Positions 1 to 6,808 of a stretch of DNA of 9,056 nucleotides are shown here, piece after piece (positions within the stretch are counted from its first letter, which is position 1; each line of letters starts with the position of its first letter). Below the pieces are notes generated by a model, which worked only from the letters and a program-made list of their open reading frames with translations, was not told the origin of the DNA and did no database searches. The stretch comes from Octopus sinensis. Its lineage: Eukaryota. The position numbers and the translations under genes are program-made. The stretch is taken from NCBI RefSeq assembly GCF_006345805.1, contig NW_021828175.1, positions 1 through 9,056 on the forward strand, given 5' to 3'.

Positions 1-112
1 TGATAGGCCCGAGGCTATAGTGGAAGACACTTGCCCAAGGTGCTACGCGCAGTGGGAACCGAACCCGGAACCATGTGGTTGGTAAGCAAGCTACTTACCA
101 CACAGCCATTCC
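1..112 (-). mobile_element. tRNA-derived SINE (family A), 5' part, cut by the window edge
   Basis: The reverse complement reads GGAATGGCTGTGTGGTAAG (A box), GGGTTCGGTTCCC (B box), then ACCTTGGGCAAGTGTCTT. It aligns at roughly 85-90% by eye to 6398-6505 on the + strand of this window. Confidence 0.9.
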
Positions 113-141
113 ATAATATATATATATATATATATATATAT
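113..141. repeat. (TA)n microsatellite
   Basis: Directly visible alternating TA run. Confidence 0.95.
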
Positions 142-340
142 AAAGCTGAAGTTGTCTGTGTATGGCAGGTTTGGTAGCCTTCAACTAACACTATCTCCTC
201 CGAGACCCTTCAGTTCTATATTGAAGTTAAGTTTGTATATAAAACGTGAAAATCAGACAAAGTTGGAATTTCCTTGGGTAATATATATATATATATGTAT
301 ATTGGCAGGGCTTACTGCTAGGGAGTCGGCCGTATGCTAG
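142..340 (+). mobile_element. Possible internally deleted non-autonomous Helitron-like element
   Basis: Begins (TA)n-AAAGCTGAAGTTGTCTGTGT, the style of start seen in non-autonomous Helitrons. It has two candidate GC-rich...CTAG ends (318-321, 337-340). The 5' TC and the T following CTAG are absent, so the call is weak. Confidence 0.3.
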
Positions 341-1224
341 AAATAGACCATTAACGATCAAATGCTGGACTACTGATTTTAAATTGATATTAAAATTAAT
401 ATTAATTTATCTCCCTCATTATTTATATATATATATATAATCAAAATAAGCAACAAGGATATCAAAGGTAGTGTAGTACAATCGTTTCATGCTACTTCAT
501 TTAATTAAACAATGTAAGTATTACATCAGTTTTAAAATGTAGACCAATCTTCAGCCACATATGGAATTTTAAAATTTAAATTGACAATATTCATTTTTAT
601 ATACTTATTCCATTTGCCAACATTACAAAGAGGGTAAGTATATAGAGAGAGAGGTGAATCTCATCAATAGAAACATGGTCGTAAATTATCTTTACTCATG
701 GGTAGATTTCTTATCACTGAATTTACTTTGTTATTTAGATTTACCATTGGGGAGGGGGTATATTTTATTAAGTTCAGTGGAGACAACCAGCACATTCACA
801 CTCACATACACATTTATTATTGGGTGTAAACAAAATAATTCAGAGTAAACAACATCTGAAGCTGTGTTTGTGAATGTGAAAACAGTTTCGAAACTCTAGC
901 AATAATATTTGAGAAAATAGCTGGAAAAATACGTAAGTTTGGTCTACTTTTTCTAGAAAACAGAAATTTGACTTAAAAAGGAAAATTTGCAGAATAATTT
1001 GATGAAGTTGGTTATATTTGATATTTTATTGTAATCACGGAATGAGAAAATATATAATACTATTCGATGAATTAATTTGGTTGGGACAAGCCTCGTCGGC
1101 AGGATGCAATTATTGTTAATGACGTAAGTGGCTTCAATTTAGATGTCAGAAATATTCTTTGATAAACGGAGAAATGTTATTGAATGTAGAAATGAAAAAG
1201 ACGTTCTAGGAAGAATGAGAATAC

Positions 1225-1406
1225 AGTATGTATATAGTTCGTATATATTAGTATATATTGTATGTATGTATATTAGTATGAATGTATGTATGTGTGTGTG
1301 TGCGTGTAAATATATATATGCATATATATAGGTATTTAAACACACATATACAAATATACTTATAAGCACATACATACACACATATATACACATGCATATA
1401 TCTATA
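1225..1406. repeat. Compound TG/TATG - (TA) - CA/TACA microsatellite, quasi-palindromic
   Basis: A TG-rich left arm, a perfect 20-bp palindrome TATATATATGCATATATATA at 1311-1330, and a CA-rich right arm. Confidence 0.85.
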
Positions 1407-1587
1407 TCACGTGATCACGTGACCGACCAGTCCATCAGATGTAGTTACACATCGCTGGTCACAATGCTTTCTCATTGTTTTAGCCTTCGAATGACGCCAC
1501 CCCGCTGGCTAAGCGAGCAGGCCAACAGAAGAAAGAGTGGGAGAAAGAGTGGTGAAAGACTACAGCAGGGATCACCCCCCCTGCCGA
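1407..1587 (-). mobile_element. SINE family B, 3' portion (5'-truncated copy)
   Basis: The reverse complement of 1407-1530 (TGTTGGCCTGCTCGCTTAGCCAGCGGGTGGCGTCATTCGAAGGCTAAAACAATG...GACCAGCGATGTGTAACTACATC...GTCGGTCACGTGATCACGTGA) aligns colinearly with 6178-6300, which lies downstream of a tRNA-like head. Confidence 0.8.
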
Positions 1588-1589
1588 TA

Positions 1590-1672
<83 letters not shown>

Positions 1673-1696
1673 ATATATATAGATATATATATATAG

Positions 1697-1727
<31 letters not shown>

Positions 1728-1734
1728 GATATAT
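1588..1734. repeat. (ATCT)20 tetranucleotide repeat followed by interrupted (AT)n
   Basis: Perfect ATCT units at 1591-1670, then AT repeats with AGAT interruptions. Confidence 0.95.
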
Positions 1735-1737
1735 GGA

Positions 1738-1897
1738 AGAGGGGCTAAGTCAATTACATTGACTCCATTGTGGCAACTGGTACTTATTTTATTGACCCCG
1801 AAAATCAACTCTTCGGCGGAATGTGAACCCAAACGAAGAGACGAACGAAATATCGCTAAATCATTTTGCTTGGAAATGCTAAAAATTCTGCGAGTTC
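1738..1897 (-). mobile_element. Degraded tRNA-derived SINE (family C) with internal deletion
   Basis: The reverse complement contains a B-box-like GGGTTCACATTCC (1818-1830), CGGGGTCAATAAAATAAGTACCAGT (resembling the conserved Nin/Deu-type SINE domain motif GGTCGATAAAATRAGTACC, from memory) and a 3' hairpin. Related segments recur at 1929-1950 and 2052-2080. Confidence 0.65.
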
Positions 1898-1958
1898 AAA
1901 TTTTGGCACAAGCCAGCAATTTGCGGCGAGAGGGGCTAAGTCGATTAAATCGCGTCCA
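1898..1958 (-). mobile_element. Second SINE family C fragment (3' tail only)
   Basis: AGAGGGGCTAAGTC at 1929-1942 is identical to 1738-1751, and the match extends to 22 bp with 2 mismatches. Confidence 0.6.
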
Positions 1959-2232
1959 AATAATATTAATAAGGATTTCTCATGCAGACTAATAGAGCAA
2001 ATATAAATTTTCTGGGTTGAGTACAGGGTATTTCGTTGAACTCAGAACTTTACTGGTACAGAGTTTATCGACCGAGAATCTCTTTATTCTCTACGCTTTT
2101 CTTTTCAAAATGGCAACTCCTAGATATTTTCGTTGTTAAAGAAAAACGCTTAACAAAATCACAGAAGCGGTAAATTTTCATTAGAAGAAACAGGATTTTG
2201 TGAATGTCTGACTTTCTAATCTTGGCACAACA

Positions 2233-2409
2233 TTTCTTTTCTCTCTCTCTCTCTCTCTCTCCATCTCCTCGTTCTCTCTCTCTCTCAGTCTTCTCCTCTC
2301 TCTCTGCTCTCTCATCCCCTCCTCCCCTCTCTCATCTCTGTCTCTCTCATTCTCTCTCTATCTCATCATCTTTCTCTCACATCATCTTCTTCTTCTCTCT
2401 CTCTTCCTC

Positions 2410-2448
<39 letters not shown>

Positions 2449-2506
2449 TCTTCTCTTCTCTCTTCTTTCTCTATTCCTTTCTTCTTCTTTTTGCTTTCTG
2501 TCATTG

Positions 2507-2537
<31 letters not shown>

Positions 2538-2756
2538 CTTCTTCTTCTTCTTCTTCTCTTCTTCTTCTTCTTCCTCTTCTTCTCTTCTTCTTCTTCTTTC
2601 TTCTTCTCTTCTTCTTCTTCTTCTTCTCCTCTCTCCTCCTCCTCCTCTTCTTCTTCTTCTTCTCCCTTCTCTCTTCCTCTTCTCTCCTCCTTCCCTCTCC
2701 ACCTTCTTCTCCTCCTCCTCCTCCTCCTTCTTCTCCCCTTTCCTCTTCTCCCCCCC
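2233..2756. repeat. About 520-bp polypyrimidine/polypurine compound microsatellite: (CT)n to (CTT)n to (CCT)n
   Basis: Perfect (CTT)16 at 2508-2555. The stretch 2508-2756 has only one purine (A2701) on the + strand. Confidence 0.95.
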
Positions 2757-2932
2757 GTAAATCAAAAACTAAGCCCCCACCCCCAACCTTACCTCACCAT
2801 GTCTCCCATCCCACCCAATCGACTTTCTCCTTTGTTGCCCTCTTTTTTCTTTATTCCGGTCTTCCTTTGTCCGACTTGAGTTATTTCTTCCCAACCATTT
2901 GTCTATTGGAATGTTCACGTTAGTTATTAAAC

Positions 2933-3067
2933 AAATACATACATACATACATATATATATATAATTATATATATAATGTATGTGTATGTGTTTGTGTATG
3001 TGTTTTTGTATATGTGTGTATGTGTGTGTGTGTATGTTGTCTGCATGTATATGTGTATATATATATA

Positions 3068-3099
<32 letters not shown>

Positions 3100-3150
3100 T
3101 ATATATATATATATATATATAATATATATATGTATATATATATATACATA

Positions 3151-3218
<68 letters not shown>
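2933..3218. repeat. Compound TACA / TG / (TA)n / (CA)n microsatellite
   Basis: TG-rich at about 2975-3058, interrupted (TA)n at about 3059-3145, (CA)n at about 3160-3205. Confidence 0.95.
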
Positions 3219-3449
3219 GCAAGTACTTGTATATTCTCCATAATCCATAATTGCAAGAAGCAAATTGCCTTCTGGCTTAAGAAATGCCATCCTGCAATAA
3301 TAGGAATATTTTTCTCGGTTTAATAAATAGAAGAAACGGCGAACTAATCGATCAGCAACTCAAAAGACATGATTGGTCGAGAGATAAAAAAAAAATTGTT
3401 TTCCAACCAATGTAGCGTAAATTTTAAGATGAATATTTATATAACATCA

Positions 3450-3642
3450 ATAAACACTGCTGGAGACCATTTATTAATAAATCCTAATCGAAATATTCTT
3501 CCAGCAAGATGAAATTAAACCTTAATACTTCGTAATTGAAAAGATCTTGCCATTTGCTCAATTATGAAAATTCATCCTAATCAACGTCTTGCCTGATTTT
3601 CTTATGAAATTGTTAATAATTTCTGGAAAACTCGGGTAGCAT
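3450..3642 (-). other. Candidate terminal exon (unidentified gene)
   Basis: Strong acceptor TGTATTTTCATTTCACAG|A (AG at 3644-3643). One frame gives (D)ATRVFQKLLTIS* with the stop at 3604-3602. AATAAA lies at 3475-3470 with a GT-rich stretch downstream. No recognisable homology. Confidence 0.25.
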
Positions 3643-3811
3643 CTGTGAAATGAAAATACAGTTTAATTTATGTATTTAGTAGTGAGCTTCTATAACGATA
3701 CGCTGCGAGTGTTTTGAAACTGTTATTCCGACGTCTGACCTTTGTCGTACCAAGTTCTTTGTTAGTGTTGTTTAGTTAAAGTTGACATAATTGGAATCAC
3801 ATAGTTTTGAA

Positions 3812-3867
<56 letters not shown>

Positions 3868-3957
3868 TGATGATGATTATAATGATGAGGATGAGGATGA
3901 GGATGATGATGATGAGGATGAGGATGAGGATGATGATGGTGGTGATGATGATGATGG

Positions 3958-4009
<52 letters not shown>

Positions 4010-4033
4010 GGTGATGATGATGATGATGATGAT
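3812..4033. repeat. Compound trinucleotide repeat: (AAT)18, then GAT/GAG/GGT units in constant phase
   Basis: Directly visible. It generates the poly-N/poly-D ORF 3791-4066 and the poly-I/M ORF 3807-4037. Confidence 0.95.
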
Positions 4034-4578
4034 GTAGTACCAGGGAGTGGATCTCGCGTCTTCTGATCTTAATTGATTGGAAGTGTTATCATGTGCATTG
4101 TTTTGTCTTGGTATAAAAGATGGGCTACAGCAAATATTCTGCTCAATATCACAGTTTTGCTTGTCAGTTGTTTGACCGTAACCAGTTGAGCATGTCCCTT
4201 AGTGGCTGACGATATGTGCATCTCTGATCACGAGCAGAAGTAGTGGGGGAGCATCATAGCATCATAGTTGAGAGGGATTCTTTGGGGTTTGAATAATTCA
4301 CCTCTGGAAACATGGGTGGTTCTTTCAACATCCTTAAACAACCCTTATTCAGGAACCTTTTGAGCGGGATGGGTTATTCGACTAGAAGAAAATTCTAATT
4401 GGGCCTCACATGCAAGGTTATGCGCTGTTTATCTTGATATGAGATCACCATGTCGCGCACATATGGTTGTGATGCATGTGCCTGGTGTACCATATCAAAC
4501 GGGTAGTCATGATGGGTATGCTGGGCTTCGTATATTTTACCCGTGTCACTTTGATGGCATAATAATAATAATAATAAT
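4034..4578 (+). mobile_element. Interspersed repeat, probably the non-coding 3' end of a retroposon, with an (AAT)6 tail
   Basis: A complex-sequence block bounded by a trinucleotide tract on the left and (AAT)6 at 4561-4578 on the right. It resembles an abundant octopus repeat I recall (...GGTTGTGATGCATGTGCCTGGTGTACC...CACTTTGATGGCAT...(AAT)n). Family unverified. Confidence 0.5.
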
Positions 4579-5011
4579 TTCTAGGAAGGAATTCAATATG
4601 AATGGAGGACTCCACCCAAAGGCTGGAGTAACAAGCTTAGAAAGGAAGGTGGAAGAGGATTAATATCAGTAGAAGATTGCTTGGGGTTAGCTAGAGTAGA
4701 TAAAGCCTCCTATCTAGGTAATACTGTATAAAGCTAGAGTCATAGCAGGACATAAGGAAACCAAAAGATCCAAATGGAGCTAAAAACCAGAAAAAAGAAC
4801 AAAATTATCTGACTGGCAAGAGAAGGCTTTGCATGGTAGATTGCCAAATATAGTAGTAGCACATAGTAGTAGTGAGATATGGTTATGGTTGCAGAAAGGA
4901 AGACTGAAAAGGGAAACAGAAAGTTTGATAGTAGCAATACAAGATCAAGCATTAAGGACTAATTGGATAAACGCCAACAAAGACAAAAACCAAGTAGATT
5001 CACAATGCAAA
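4579..5011 (+). mobile_element. Degraded non-LTR retrotransposon ORF fragment, R4/Dong-like (end of RT region up to the start of the CCHC finger)
   Basis: Across frameshifts it translates to SRKEFNMNGGLHPKAGVTSL / RKEGGRGLISVEDC (from 4639) / WQEKALHGR...IWLWLQKGRLKRETESLIVAIQDQALRTNWINANKDKNQVDSQCK. These match the LHP, R-x-x-GGRGL, W-x-x-K-x-LHG and WL...LKRETE...AQ-x-QAL-x-TN...C motifs of restriction-like-endonuclease LINEs. Frameshifts and a stop indicate a dead copy. Confidence 0.88.
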
Positions 5012-5014
5012 TCA

Positions 5015-5192
5015 ATGTATGTACGTGAGTACATATATACGTACTACATGCGTACGTACGTACATACGTGCATACATACATACATAAATAAATAGATAGA
5101 TAGATAGATACATACATACATACATACATACATACAAACATACATACATACATACATACATACATACATACATAAATGCGTACATGCATGTA
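5015..5192. repeat. Compound ATGT/TACG/AGAT/(TACA)n microsatellite
   Basis: Directly visible tetranucleotide units. It begins where the LINE homology ends. Confidence 0.9.
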
Positions 5193-5673
5193 TAAAAAAT
5201 AAGCTTCTCAAGACAAGAAAAGAGAAAGCTGATTCGAAAACTACATATCTAGTCCATCACTGGAACTGTAAAATCTGTAAAATTTTCCAGAAGTTTAACA
5301 TTTAAATATATATGAACACATATAGATATGCAAATATATGCACCAGAAGACATACATAAAACAAAACATACAAATCTGCCCATATATTTGCACACATAGA
5401 AATCTACCCAGTCAAATTTGTTGAAATTCCACTGAACTGGACCTAGGAATTGGATCACGAATTGGATCTAGGCTAGAAATCGGCTCTTTCTCTATTGGCA
5501 AGAAATCTTGAAATAAAACTGAATAACCTACACACATACAATTAAAGCTATGATTGTCAGCGGTAGTATTAGAGGCCACGCTCCCAAAGAGACGGCTAAT
5601 TTGTCCCAGAGTATTAGCCAGCTTGACCACGCTACGACGCTACGTTCACCGACGATGTTTATATTTTTGTTAG

Positions 5674-5746
5674 GCATGCATTAACCTTACAAAAGCTGGA
5701 GGGCGCAAAATCCTCAATCGCTGTTCAAAAGCTCAGAATCCTGACT
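5674..5746 (+). other. Candidate 73-nt internal exon (unidentified)
   Basis: Acceptor TTTATATTTTTGTTAG|G and donor ACT|GTAAGT. Two frames are open: ACINLTKAGGRKILNRCSKAQNPD and HALTLQKLEGAKSSIAVQKLRILT. Non-repetitive sequence, no recognised homology. Confidence 0.3.
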
Positions 5747-5783
5747 GTAAGTGACACATACTTATGCCGTTTACGTCATTTAA

Positions 5784-6032
5784 TACACATACACACACAC
5801 ATACATACACACACACACACGCACATGTATACATACACACGTACACACACAGACGCGTGCGCGCACAATCACATGTACACAGACACACACTCGCACACGT
5901 ACACACACACGCAGCACGCGCATACATACACACGTACACACACATACACATGCACACGCGCACACACATACACGCACACGCACACACACATGTTCATACT
6001 CATAGACACACCCACCCACACATACACACACG
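5784..6032. repeat. Degenerate (CA)n/(CG)/(TA) alternating purine-pyrimidine tract
   Basis: About 250 bp of near-continuous RY alternation, including GCGTGCGCGCAC. Confidence 0.9.
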
Positions 6033-6035
6033 TTT

Positions 6036-6300
6036 AGACGTATGGCCTAGTGGTTAGGCTGTTGAACTCACGATCGTGAGATCGCGGGTTCGATCCTCAG
6101 ACCAGGCGAGGCATTGCGTTCTTGAGCAAAACGTTTTATTTTACGTCACTCCAGTCTCCGTTTTGAACAAGGTGGAGTGTTGGCCTGCTCGCCTTGCCAG
6201 CGGGGTGGCATCTCTCGAATGCCAAGACGATGCAAAGTGCATTATCACCAGCGAAGTCTAACAACATTCAATACTTTAGTCGGTTATATGGCCACGTGGT
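6036..6300 (+). mobile_element. tRNA-derived SINE family B, diverged near-complete copy
   Basis: A box TGGCCTAGTGGTT (6043-6055) with D-arm GCCT/AGGC, B box GGTTCGATCC (6087-6096), a GTTCTTGAGCAAAAC core motif, and a 3' part homologous to the reverse complement of 1407-1530. Confidence 0.82.
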
Positions 6301-6391
6301 CTCTCACACATACACTGACACACATATATAAGCACACAAAAAATGATGATTGTTACGAATGGACTATGTTTATACATATAACTGTATAATA

Positions 6392-6808
6392 GGCGCAGGA
6401 GTGGCTGTGTGGTAAGTAGCTTGCTAACCAACCACATGATTCCGGGTTCAGTCCCACTGCGTGGCATCTTGGGCAAGTGTCTTCTGCTATAGCCCCGGGC
6501 TGACCAATGCCTTGTGAGTGGATTTGGTAGACGGAAACTGAAAGAAGCCTGTCGTATATATGTATATATATATAAGTGTGTGTGTATATGTTTGTGTGTC
6601 TATGTTTGTCCCCCTAGCATTGCTTGACAACCGATGCTGGTGTGTTTACGTCCCCGTCACTTAGCGGCTCGGCAAAAGAGACCGATAGAATAAGTACTGG
6701 ACTTACAAAGAATAAGTCCCGGGGTCGATTTGCTCGACTAAAGGCGGTGCTCCAGCATGGCCGCAGTCAAATGACTGAAACAAGTAAAAGAGTAAAAAGA
6801 GTAAAGAG
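6392..6808 (+). mobile_element. tRNA-derived SINE family A, apparently full length
   Basis: A box TGGCTGTGTGGTAAG (6402-6416), B box GGTTCAGTCC (6445-6454), TCTTGGGCAAGTGTCTT core, an internal TA/TG microsatellite (about 6555-6600), a 3' hairpin GTCGA-N5-TCGAC (6724-6738), and an AAAGAGT-type repeated tail. A weak possible TSD ATAATA lies at 6386-6391 and 6810-6815. Homologous to 1-112 (- strand). Confidence 0.92.

Noticed and set aside
500-1230. Several + strand GTAAGT donor-like hexamers and ORFs 654-848 and 1143-1331
   Set aside because: No consistent acceptor-donor pair with a plausible exon and intron. The GTAAGT near 1114 and the AG at 1141-1142 are under 30 nt apart. No recognisable peptide.
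2204-2923. Longest ORF (239 aa, poly-S/L/F) and the antisense poly-E/K/R ORF 2382-2765
   Set aside because: Translations of the CT/CTT/CCT tract, which cannot contain stop codons in these frames. No complex sequence or domain.
1139-3290. Multiple YI/CV/HT-repeat ORFs (1139-1393, 1392-1682, 1537-1728, 2927-3256, 2965-3222, 2980-3243, 3014-3250)
   Set aside because: Di- and tetranucleotide microsatellite artefacts.
3791-4066. Poly-Asn/poly-Asp ORF
   Set aside because: Starts at TTG, is almost entirely trinucleotide repeat, and ends inside the downstream interspersed repeat.
5733-6057. Overlapping HT-rich and CV-rich ORFs
   Set aside because: Products of the degenerate (CA)n tract.
6036-6110. 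Possible genuine tRNA gene
   Set aside because: The A and B boxes and D-arm are present, but there is no proper anticodon or acceptor stem. It continues into a SINE body with a second copy in the window.
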